A stretch of 64,000 bases of DNA from Dehalococcoidia bacterium (GTDB lineage: Bacteria > Chloroflexota > Dehalococcoidia > Lucifugimonadales > JADFKI01), in contig CBDESO010000012.1 of the NCBI GenBank assembly GCA_965242555.1, forward strand, positions 330,803 to 394,802, given 5' to 3'. Of this stretch, positions 46,062 to 55,500 are shown one piece after another. The notes under the pieces were generated by a model. That model saw only the letters and a program-made list of their open reading frames with translations. It searched no databases and was not told the DNA's origin. Both the position numbers and the translations under genes were made by a program. The number at the start of each line of letters is the position of its first letter. Position 1 is the first letter of the stretch.

Positions 46062-46791
46062 GAGGCTGCCCCTTGCGATATATCGTTATCCCAAAAGCGT
46101 CTATATGCCGTTTCAGCGGCGGATGCTTGACGCCTTCATATGCCTGCAAATCGCACATCTGCGGTATCGGCAAATCCTCAAGATCAAGCGCCAGCAACCC
46201 CAAGCGCCGGGAATCCGCGATCCCCAGCGTAACCAAATCAATATCCGACCGCTTGGTTGCCCTGCCGGTGGCCCGCGACCCGAACAGCCTGACCTCAGTC
46301 AGTTCGGGATACCCCGCGAACACATCCCTGAGCATCCGCAGCGTTGCGTCAGACAAGAAAGGAGCGGGCATTGTCATTGCGCCATAACCTCCGGCAAGTA
46401 GCCGCTGATAAAGCGCGTCCAATATCGCCAGATAGCGGGAGTGGATACTGCGTATGATCACATCAAACCGCTCAAAATCATATGCGCGCGCCATCAGATT
46501 GCGGTCGGCAAACATCGCCATCCAAGCCTCGCCGTCATCAATAAGCCTGGCGCTGAATGCTTGGCGTATAACCCCGCGCGGCGTTATCGTTGCGAGTATA
46601 GCCCCGTCGTACTCCAGCCTATCGTTCAGCAGGTTGCTCGCTACATCAAAGGCGAACCTGAATCGCCGCATAACGCCCTCGCGCTCCAGTTGGTTCAGCG
46701 GTTCAACGCCGTCCTCCAGCGCATCACGCAGCAGCGAATACGCGCGGCTGAAGTTCGCAAAGCGATACCGCCATCGTATCTCTTCGCTCAT
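46045..46791 (-). CDS. Single-polypeptide fusion of an HI0074-type HEPN (nucleotidyltransferase substrate-binding) domain and a minimal nucleotidyltransferase (MNT) domain
   Basis: ATG at 46791 (MSEEIRWRYRF). The N-terminal half has ..RFRFAFDVASNLLN..RNLMARAYDFE... The C-terminal half has ..LFGSRATGRATKRSDIDLVTLG... The track ORF start at 47145 overlaps the ABC ATPase and is rejected. The 3' end overlaps the convergent ACAD-like gene by 17 nt. Confidence 0.75.
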   Translation of the reverse strand: MSEEIRWRYRFANFSRAYSLLRDALEDGVEPLNQLEREGVMRRFRFAFDVASNLLNDRLEYDGAILATITPRGVIRQAFSARLIDDGEAWMAMFADRNLMARAYDFERFDVIIRSIHSRYLAILDALYQRLLAGGYGAMTMPAPFLSDATLRMLRDVFAGYPELTEVRLFGSRATGRATKRSDIDLVTLGIADSRRLGLLALDLEDLPIPQMCDLQAYEGVKHPPLKRHIDAFGITIYRKGQPPSPLG

Positions 46792-46841
46792 ATGCCTAAT
46801 CCCCCTGCCTAATCCTTGCCGCCGGGCCGCCGCATCCCGCC

Positions 46842-47555
46842 CTAATCCCGATACCGCAGCCCCACCTCCGCCTGCTCCAGCAGCCGCCCGTCGCGGATCT
46901 CTTTCACCTCGTCCGCCATTGAGAGCAGCGTGGAATCGTGCGTTGCGGAGACTACGCTGATGCCCTGCTTGACCACCATCTCCTTGAACAGCCCGAATAT
47001 GGCGTGCGCGTTGTTGGAATCCAGCTCGCCGGTGGGTTCGTCCGCCAGGATGAGCGAGGGGCGTATGACGATGGCGCGCGCTATGGCTACGCGCTGCTGC
47101 TCGCCGCCCGATAGTTCGTATGGGCGATGGCGCGAGCGCGTCCACAAGCCCACGATGTCCAGCGCCTCCCGCGTGCGCTCCGCCCTATCCCGCGCGCCCA
47201 CCCCGCTGATTCGCAGCGGCAATTCCACATTCTCAAACGCCGACAGCAGCGGCAGCAGTCCGAAAGACTGGAATATGAACCCAATCCGGTGGCGGCGCAG
47301 CTCGGTGAGTTCCTGCTCGCTCATCCGCGCCAAATCCTGCTCTTCAAACAGCACCTGCCCGCCGCTCGGCTTGTCCAAGCCCGCCATTATGTTCAGCAGC
47401 GACGTCTTGCCCGATCCCGACCTGCCCACCACCGCGATGAACTGCCCCGGGAACACATTCAGGTTCACCCCCCGCAGCGCGTTGACCTCCTCCGAACCGA
47501 GGTTGTATGTGCGGAAGACGTCCACCGCGGCGAGAAGTCTCTGGATTCTGCTCAA
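46842..47555 (-). CDS. ABC transporter ATP-binding protein (MacB/LolD type)
   Basis: TTG start follows GGAGG. Walker A GRSGSGKTS, Q-loop, signature LSGGEQQRVAIARA and Walker B LILADEPTGELD. Confidence 0.9.
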   Translation of the reverse strand: MSRIQRLLAAVDVFRTYNLGSEEVNALRGVNLNVFPGQFIAVVGRSGSGKTSLLNIMAGLDKPSGGQVLFEEQDLARMSEQELTELRRHRIGFIFQSFGLLPLLSAFENVELPLRISGVGARDRAERTREALDIVGLWTRSRHRPYELSGGEQQRVAIARAIVIRPSLILADEPTGELDSNNAHAIFGLFKEMVVKQGISVVSATHDSTLLSMADEVKEIRDGRLLEQAEVGLRYRD

Positions 47556-47670
47556 TTGGATTGCACCTCCGGCATACGGGGCAGTTGGCGATAGGCGATT
47601 AAGCCTGCGCGTATTCTGTGAAAGCGTTGCGGCTACGGGTTGCGTATGGCTATCTGATACGGCTAAACGA

Positions 47671-48564
47671 CTACAAACTATCGTCCGGCGTCAGGGTAAC
47701 CCTGCCGTCTTCGGCGTCTATGCGGGCGCGAGCGCCTATTTTGAGGCGATCTATGATGTCGCGGGGTATCTGCACTCTGCCGCTGCCGTCCACCAGGATG
47801 AACTCTTCCAAAGGCTGGTCGGTTTCGGCGGCGCCCGACAGCCGCTGATAGGTAACCCGCCGCCGCACTTCGGTAGCCATCTTGCCATCCCGTATCATCA
47901 CCACGCGCCCCACCTTGTAGGCTATGTCCGGGTCGTGCGTGACGATGAGTATGGTCGTGTTCAACTCGCGGTTGATTGTGCCGAACAGATCCAGGATTTC
48001 GGCGGCGGTGGCGTCGTCCAGCTCGCCGGTGGGTTCGTCCGCCAGCAGCAGCGGCGGATGGTTGGCGAGCGCCACCGCTATGGCGACGCGCTGCTGCTCG
48101 CCGCCGCTGAGCTTGTCCGGCGTATGATCCATGCGATGGCTAAGCCCCACGAGTTCCAGCAGATCCTCGGCGCGGCGGCGGCGGGCGGCGGGCGATGTGA
48201 ATGTCAGCATCATCGGCAGCGCCACATTCTCCACGGCGGTCAAATACGGGAACATATTGCGGCTCGTCTGCTGCCAGATAAATCCCACTTCGTCGCGGCG
48301 ATAGAGTTCCACGTCGTTGGGCGTCATCCGCAGCAGATCCTTATCGCCCACGGTTACGCGCCCGGCGGAGGGCGAATCGTAGCCCGCGAGTATGTTCAGC
48401 AATGTGCTTTTGCCGCTGCCGCTCGCGCCCACTATCGCCACCACCTCGCTGCGCCGCACATCCAGGTCAAGCCCGCGCAGCGCCACCACCTCAAGGTCGG
48501 CTATCTTGTATATCTTAAACAGATCCTCGCAGACGATATACGCCTCTGTGTCCGTGTATGTCAA
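47671..48564 (-). CDS. ABC transporter ATP-binding protein (MacB/LolD type) with a C-terminal SpoVT/AbrB-like domain
   Basis: Walker A GASGSGKSTLL, LSGGEQQRVAIAVA and LLLADEPTGELD. The last ~45 aa (GRVQIPRDIIDRLKIGARARIDAEDGRVTLTP) fit the swapped-hairpin AbrB/MazE pattern. Confidence 0.88.
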   Translation of the reverse strand: MTYTDTEAYIVCEDLFKIYKIADLEVVALRGLDLDVRRSEVVAIVGASGSGKSTLLNILAGYDSPSAGRVTVGDKDLLRMTPNDVELYRRDEVGFIWQQTSRNMFPYLTAVENVALPMMLTFTSPAARRRRAEDLLELVGLSHRMDHTPDKLSGGEQQRVAIAVALANHPPLLLADEPTGELDDATAAEILDLFGTINRELNTTILIVTHDPDIAYKVGRVVMIRDGKMATEVRRRVTYQRLSGAAETDQPLEEFILVDGSGRVQIPRDIIDRLKIGARARIDAEDGRVTLTPDDSL

Positions 48565-48654
48565 TTAACGCTCCCCGGCGTTAGCCTATTTCCCGGTGAT
48601 AGCCTATTCCCCGCCGTTAGCCTTAGCCCAGCCGCGCGGCGGCGCTTTGCTCGC

Positions 48655-51600
48655 TTAGAGTTCGCCCAGCCGCAGGATGCGCTGCAGCGATATGCGGCGT
48701 ATGAACCATATCATCCCCAGTATAATCAGGGTGAACACCAACACCATAAAGCCGTAGGTTATGGCGAGCGTTCCCCAGTCTATTTCCAGCACAAACGGCG
48801 GCAGGACTTGCGCACCGCGGTCGTTGTGGCTCAGAAACGGCATAATTATCGCGCCCAGCCGCCTGCCCATTTCGGCGCCCAGCGCCATCCCCGCCGCGAT
48901 AACCAGCGCCTGCTCCAGCCACACCAGCGTCACCAGCTGCCGCATAGAAAAGCCCACGGTTCGCATCAGCCCGAACTGCATCTCGCGCTCCCTGAAAGAC
49001 ACATAAGAGTGTACCAGAAAGCCCAGGCAGCTCAGTATCAGCACAGCGCCGAATGCCATAAACAGCAGCGCGCGCCAGCCCGCATGCACAAGCGGGTCAA
49101 CCGAGGCGTCCTGCAGCTCCTCCACGCGGTCGTGAATCCGGCGGCTTGCGAATGGCAAGGCGTCCTCGCGCATCCCGCTCACGAACTCTTCCCGCTCGCC
49201 GCCGTTGGCGTTGGCGCTCAGCCATATCTCGTTGGGCTTTACCTCAGCGGATGTGGACTCCAGGTTGGTGTAGCGGATGACGGAGTCGATGTCCGAAATC
49301 AGGTATGGCTTGGTAACCGTGTCAAGCGTGGGGAAGTATTCAAAAGTGTCTATGATGCGGATGGGGACGCGATGGCCCGCCACCGAAACCATAAACTCTT
49401 CGCCGACGCTGTGGCCGGTGTGGCTGAGAAACAGGCTGCTCGCAAGCACGGGCAGCGGGTTGGCGGCGGGCCCATGATATATGCCGCGCCCGGTGAGCGG
49501 CGGGCCCTCCGACCAGATGAACTGCGCGACGTCCTCAGTTGCGTTTGCCGCCGCATCGCCGCCGTTGACGGGCTGCAGGATGTCGGTTATGGACTCGCGC
49601 GCGCCGCGCAGAACGCTCCAAGCCTCCACCGAACCGAAGTCTTCGATGGTCGTCTTTGTGTTGGATGCGTCTCTCACCCATATCTCGTCAATGGCGATAT
49701 TGCCCGCGCGCAGCCTGCCGCGCGAGTTGGTGTCGTGAATGGACAGCGAAACCAGCGTCAGCGGTTTCGCCGGCTGCAGCGGCGCGAAACGCCGCCTGAA
49801 ACTGCTGCCCCGCGCCAAGCCGCGCTCAAGCGTAATCCAATCCCCGTCGCCGCCAAGCCTGCCTACCACATAGGTGTAGTATCGGTTGTTGGCGTCTTTG
49901 ATACGCATAGTTACCGCGATGCTCTCGCGCGGGCGGTCGGGCTTGACGCGCATCCCGATGGCGAAAGCGTTATCGGGCAGCTCAATGCCCAGCGGCGGCG
50001 CGGGATGCTCCAGCCGCGTCAGCAGATCCGCCATAGGCTTATCCGAAAAGTCCCCCCGAAACCAGCCGATGCGCCGCATGCTCTCGCCGTCAACGCCGAC
50101 CATCGTGTAGCTTTCGCCCAGCAGCTTAGACAAGTCCGTGCCAAACGCCTTGATTACGGGCGACGCCTCATCTACAACCGGCAGCGCCTCGTATGTATCC
50201 ACAAGCGGCACGCTGCGCCCGCGATTGTTGAGCGCAAGCCCCTCTACCCGAATGTCCGCGCCCGTGGAGTAGCGCGCCTGCTCTTGAAAGCTGCGCTCCA
50301 GCGTGCCGCCGAAACTCGCCGCGAATATGCCCAAGCCCGCCATAAGTATCAGCAGCAAAGACATCCGCGCGTAGTGCGTGGGATTGCGCGCCATCTGCCA
50401 CATTCCCATAGCGAAACCAACCGGCGCCCTGCGCGCAAACGCGCCGAACCCCAAGAACGCCAACCCCAGCGGCAGGGGCAAGAACACGCTCGCATCCGCG
50501 GATACGCTGAGTACAAGAACGCCCCCGATAATCCCCGGCGCTACGGCAATGTCCCCGCTGCGAAACGCCAGGAACTCCAGGATGGGCGCGTTGAACGGGC
50601 TTATCACAAGCGCGGCTACTATCGCCGTCTGCGCCGCCAATCCCGCAAATCGCAGACGGCCATCGCCCGCGCGCTCAGTTGCCCAGTACAGCGCCGCAAG
50701 GCCGGCTATCGCCGCCACCGCCGCCAAGCGCAACTGCCAGCCCGCGTCATCCGCGCCGCCGAACAAGACGCTCGCCGCCTGCGCGCCCGCCGCAACGCCC
50801 ACTATCAGGTGCATCAGGTTGGGCGAATCGCCGCTTATGAACCGGATGGACAGCGGGAACAGCCGCAGCAGCGCCACCGCGAAAGCCACCAGTATCAGCG
50901 CCGGAACGGCGAGCAGCGCCTGGTTCACCGCAACGCCCCCGAACAATCCGGTAGCCACCACGGACCCTTGATCATAGAGCTGCCGAAACAGGAATATGCT
51001 GACGACCAGCAGCATCACATCAAGGTAGAATCGTTGAAAGAACGGCTGCCCGGTCGGGCGCGCCGACTGCTGTCTATGGCGCGTAACGCCGATGCGGGAC
51101 GCGCGCACCGCCGGTATGAGCAGCGCGGCGAAACTGCACAGCCCGCCCAGCGCGCTCATCATATACGCGCCGCCCGTGATGAACACGCGCAGCGGCTCCC
51201 CGCCGCTCAGCCCGCTGAACGCGGGCGTGTATCCCAACAAACTGATGATGGCGGAGGCGAGCAGCGGCGCGGCTAACGCGGCTATCAGCGATATGGTCGC
51301 GCCCTCTATTATGAACACCGCGAGGATCTGCCCCGAACTCGCGCCCCGGCTGCGTAGCAGCGCAAGCTCGCCGCGCTGCTGCTCTACCAGCAAGGAGGAC
51401 AGCGTTATCACATAGTACAGGATGACAACCGCTATCAGAACCATCACCACGAACATCGGTATCTTGCTGAAGAACAGCCGCCTATCGTACTCCGCGAGCG
51501 TGGAATCAAGATCGGTAATCTGCCGGTAGCCGTAGAGATTTGATGCAAGCCGCGAGCGCATCGTGCGGATTTGCAGGTAGGTTATCGTGGTATTGCCCGC

Positions 51601-52416
51601 GTTCAGCCGCTCGCGGTCGACGTCCAAGTGCCATGCGTATGAGGCGTCCATATCGGTGAACGCCGCGCCCAGTATGTTGAAAAACATCTGCTCCGACACA
51701 TAGAACGGCAATGTGCGAAACGATCCTGATGTGACCGTGCGAAACAGCGCATCGTCCTGATACCAGAACTCGGCGTCAGGATCGTTCTTGACGAACAGCC
51801 CGCTGATAACCACGCTCGCGTAAGGGATGCGGTCGCGCCAGTATGGAACGGCGGACAGCCTATCGCCCACGCCCACGCCGAACAGCTCGGCGGCGTCCGC
51901 GGGAACGATCGCCTCCAGCGCCAGCGGAGCGCCGCCGTCCGCAAGCGCCCGCTCGTTGGGAAAGCGGCCGCCCTCAAGCAGCGTGATATGATCCGCAATG
52001 CGCGGGTTGAACGAAAAGAATGAGCGCGCGTCGCCATCGCTTGCGAACTCTTCCTCGCCCGGATACGCCAGGTAGAATGTGGCGGATTTGGCGCTGCGCT
52101 GCACATCCTTGAACAGCCAGCCAAGCCGCCCCTCATATTCGGTTCGCGTAGCGTTGGCGACCTTGCGATACTCGTCCACGGTGGTAGGCCCCCGCTCGGC
52201 TTTGAGCAGGATGTCCAGGTCGAGGTCGTCCACGCCGGCGAGCGTGTTTTTGAGCGCAAGCTCGCGCAGCGAGTCGAAGTATATGACCGTCCCCGCCATA
52301 ACCGTGGACGAAAGCAGAACGCCGATGATGACCGTGGACAGCAGCCGCCAATGAGACAGGCTGCGCTTTGCCACCATAGGCCACGCCGCTATTAGCGCTG
52401 ATATTGCTTGACGCAT
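48655..52416 (-). CDS. Giant FtsX/MacB-type ABC permease (1,253 aa; two FtsX modules, two large extracytoplasmic domains)
   Basis: N-terminal TM, a ~300-aa loop, then FtsX helices (..LLRSRGASSGQILAVFIIEG..) and extra TMs. A ~420-aa second loop precedes the C-terminal FtsX module (..GLMRTVGFSMRQLVTLVWLEQ..). Confidence 0.85.
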   Translation of the reverse strand: MRQAISALIAAWPMVAKRSLSHWRLLSTVIIGVLLSSTVMAGTVIYFDSLRELALKNTLAGVDDLDLDILLKAERGPTTVDEYRKVANATRTEYEGRLGWLFKDVQRSAKSATFYLAYPGEEEFASDGDARSFFSFNPRIADHITLLEGGRFPNERALADGGAPLALEAIVPADAAELFGVGVGDRLSAVPYWRDRIPYASVVISGLFVKNDPDAEFWYQDDALFRTVTSGSFRTLPFYVSEQMFFNILGAAFTDMDASYAWHLDVDRERLNAGNTTITYLQIRTMRSRLASNLYGYRQITDLDSTLAEYDRRLFFSKIPMFVVMVLIAVVILYYVITLSSLLVEQQRGELALLRSRGASSGQILAVFIIEGATISLIAALAAPLLASAIISLLGYTPAFSGLSGGEPLRVFITGGAYMMSALGGLCSFAALLIPAVRASRIGVTRHRQQSARPTGQPFFQRFYLDVMLLVVSIFLFRQLYDQGSVVATGLFGGVAVNQALLAVPALILVAFAVALLRLFPLSIRFISGDSPNLMHLIVGVAAGAQAASVLFGGADDAGWQLRLAAVAAIAGLAALYWATERAGDGRLRFAGLAAQTAIVAALVISPFNAPILEFLAFRSGDIAVAPGIIGGVLVLSVSADASVFLPLPLGLAFLGFGAFARRAPVGFAMGMWQMARNPTHYARMSLLLILMAGLGIFAASFGGTLERSFQEQARYSTGADIRVEGLALNNRGRSVPLVDTYEALPVVDEASPVIKAFGTDLSKLLGESYTMVGVDGESMRRIGWFRGDFSDKPMADLLTRLEHPAPPLGIELPDNAFAIGMRVKPDRPRESIAVTMRIKDANNRYYTYVVGRLGGDGDWITLERGLARGSSFRRRFAPLQPAKPLTLVSLSIHDTNSRGRLRAGNIAIDEIWVRDASNTKTTIEDFGSVEAWSVLRGARESITDILQPVNGGDAAANATEDVAQFIWSEGPPLTGRGIYHGPAANPLPVLASSLFLSHTGHSVGEEFMVSVAGHRVPIRIIDTFEYFPTLDTVTKPYLISDIDSVIRYTNLESTSAEVKPNEIWLSANANGGEREEFVSGMREDALPFASRRIHDRVEELQDASVDPLVHAGWRALLFMAFGAVLILSCLGFLVHSYVSFREREMQFGLMRTVGFSMRQLVTLVWLEQALVIAAGMALGAEMGRRLGAIIMPFLSHNDRGAQVLPPFVLEIDWGTLAITYGFMVLVFTLIILGMIWFIRRISLQRILRLGEL

Positions 52417-52539
52417 TGCGAATTACTCAGGTTGCTCAGGCTGTTCGGTTAGTTCATTGGCTTGTTTAACGGGGTTAGGGTTAGACGGGTTAGGGTTGGC
52501 AGGGTTGGCCGCATCGGTTTGGCGGCGGCGGGCGCTTGG

Positions 52540-55500
52540 CTACTCCAGCCGCGATATGGCGTGAAAGTCCAGGCGGCGCATCCCGCGCGTGAGCCGGTAT
52601 ATCGCCAGCGCGAATACGCTTATCAGAACCGCGTAGAGCGGCAGCAGAAAGCGCAGGTCGGTTTCCAGTATGAACGGCGGTATGACCTCCCTGCCGTTTT
52701 CGGTTACCGCAACCGATGATACCATAAGGTCGCTCATAACCCACCCCGCGCCCGTGCCAAGCCCCACGCCTATCGCCACGATGATCATATGCTCCAGCGC
52801 GAGAAGTCCCGCCATTTGGCGCGGCGACAGCCCGACCGACTGCAAAAAGCCCATTTCGCTGCGGCTGCGGTTGGCGAAAGCAAGCAGGTATGTCAGGTAG
52901 CCAAGCCCCGCCGTGAACACGATGAGCGCCATCGCAAGCAGCGACATCGCTTGCCAGCCGGCGGTTATGAGCGGATCCAGGCGCACCTGCTCCAGCCGCG
53001 CCTCGCGGTCTATCACAAGATCCCTGCCCACCATCCGCGTTACCACCTGCCGCACCGAATCGCCCGCGCCGGGCGCTTTCTGTATGAACATCTCGTTTGG
53101 CGTGGCGACCACCGCCGGGCTCAGTATGTTGATGTGGCGGATGAGCGTTTCCAAGTCGGCTAGGATAAAGCCCGCGCCGCGCGGGTCAAGCGTGGGGAAC
53201 AAGTCCACCGAATCGCGCACTACGATTGGCACAAATCGCCCCATCAGTTCCACAATCAGCGAATCGCCCACGCGCGCCCCCGACGCCGCCAGGAAAGAAC
53301 CGCTCGCCACCACCGGCACGGGCCCCCCGCTTGGACTTCTGTATATCCCCCTAAGCCCGTTATCGGTGTCTTTGCCGAATGTGAACAGCCCGGCGGTTTC
53401 CCCGCGTATCGCGTCTTCCCGCGTGAGCGCCAGCGAATCCGACGATAGCGTGGATGTGGCAAGCGGCAGCCACTGAGAGCGCGTGTCCTCAAAGTCTTCC
53501 AGGGCGCTGACTGACCCGTCCGCGCTGATGGCGTGTATCTCGTCCAGCAGGATGCCGCCGGCGGTTCCCGCGGGCCCAAAGACGGGTTCGTATATCTGTA
53601 TGGACGCCAGCTGCAGCGGCCTTTTGAGCCATTGCGGCAACTCCAGCGTCTGCCGATGCCACTCAGGCGGCCCCATGCTGCCCAGCGAAATCGTTTCAAG
53701 CACGCCGTCCGCGTCCTGCAAGACTACCCACATGAACATATTAGGATAATTATCGGCGGGCTTTACCCATACGCCGAGATGCGTGGCGTCCTCCGGCAAA
53801 GACAGCGGTTCGCTCACGCTTAGCGGGTTTAGCGCGCGCATCACTTCGGGCAGCGAGTTGCGCGAAAAGTCGTCCCGATACCACGAGTGGTAGTGAAAAT
53901 CGTCCGCCTCGACCGCGAGCGCCTCGAATTGGCGGCCGCTGTAGTTCGCGCCCAGCGATCCGCTTTCGCGGAACGACAGCGTCACCGACGTTACGCCCGG
54001 CAGGGTAGAGTAGCGCTCTTTCAGCCCGCCCACGCTGCGCGAAACAAAGCCGGGGATGTTGGACACGCGCATATCGGTGGCAACGTCGTACAGGATGCGC
54101 TCTTCGTAGCTGCGGTTTAGCGTGCCGCCCACGGTGGTGGCAAGCACGGCGAGCCCGGTGACCATCACCAGCAGCAGCACAAGCCAACTGTACTGCAGCG
54201 GGTTGCGCGCCATATGCCACAGACTTAGCGATACCCACACGGGCGCCACCCGCGAGAGCAGCGCAAAGCCCACATACAGCGCCTGCATCGCAATCAGCAG
54301 CGCGAAGGCGATAGTGGGCAGGAACGCCAATGTTCCCGACGTGGGCGTGTGAGTCAGCAGCAGCGCGCCAATCAGCGCTGATTGCGCGGCGAATGCGTAG
54401 AACTTGGAGCGCCGCCGCTCAGCGCGCTGAGTAGCCCAGTACGCCAGCCCGGCGCCCAGCGTTAGCGCGAGCGGCGGCAGAATGCCCATAATATCGCCGA
54501 GCCTAAGCCCGTCCATCAGCAGCGTCAGCGCGAGCGCGCCGCCCGTAGCCCAGGCGTACAGGTGGATGAGCGCGGGCGATTCGCCGCTGATAAAGCGCAC
54601 GAACAGCGGGAAGAACCGCATAAACACCAGCGCCACCAGCGTCAGCAGCAGCACGGGCGCGAACAGCAGCGCCTCGTTTATCTCTATGCCGCTGAACAGC
54701 CCGCCCGATACTATCTGCCCCCGCGCGTTCAATTCCCAGAACACCAGCGCCCCGATTGCCAGAACCATCATATCAAGATAGTAGCGCTGGAAGAACGGCA
54801 CTATGGGCGGGCGCGACGAGCGGAGTTTGTGTATGACTAGGCTTGTTCGCGCGCCAATCACGCCCGGCGCTACGAACATCGCAAGCCCAAGCGCGCCCAC
54901 TCCCGCGGACACCATAAACGGCGTCCAGCGCCAGTTGACGGGCAGAAATTCCCCGCCGGTTATCTCGGTGAAATAGGGCAGCATCCCCGACGCCGCGATG
55001 ACGCCCATAGCCAGCAGCGGCGCGATTATCGCCGCGACCGCCGCGAGTATCAGCCCCTCTATCGCGTACAGCCGCACAAGCTGCGCCATGCTCACGCCCC
55101 GGCTGCGTAGCAGCGCCACATCGTCTTCGCGGCTTTGCACAAGGTAGGACACCATCATCGCCAGGTAGTACAGCACGGTGATGACCATAATCGTGAGCAG
55201 CAGCAGCAGCGGTATGCTGGTGAAAAAGCTGCGCCGCTCAAAGCGGTCAAGCAGCGATTGGATGCCCGTGAACACCGCGGATCCCTGCATCAGCGCCGCC
55301 AAGCCGTTTTCCATATTGTCTATGCGTTGGCTGAGTTCCTCAGGCCGAATTCGCTTTAGCGGCTCTTTGTCAACAAATACGAACCACGACGACGAAACTA
55401 GGCTGCCCGGATACGCCTTGCCCACGCTGTCCAACAGCGCTTGCTTGGTAACGAAAAGCGCGATTGGCGGCTCTTCCGGATCCACCTCTATGCCCACATC

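Noticed and set aside
45900-46200. Replication origin at the skew breakpoint
   Set aside because: I see no dnaA gene and no cluster of DnaA boxes. The genes converge rather than diverge. The right side is compositionally neutral rather than oppositely skewed. The idea is kept only as a low-probability alternative in the finding.
46930-51276. 1,448-aa plus-strand ORF, the longest in the track
   Set aside because: It is R/A/P/H-rich low-complexity sequence running antisense to three well-supported minus-strand ABC genes with clear Walker and FtsX motifs. This is a typical high-GC shadow ORF.
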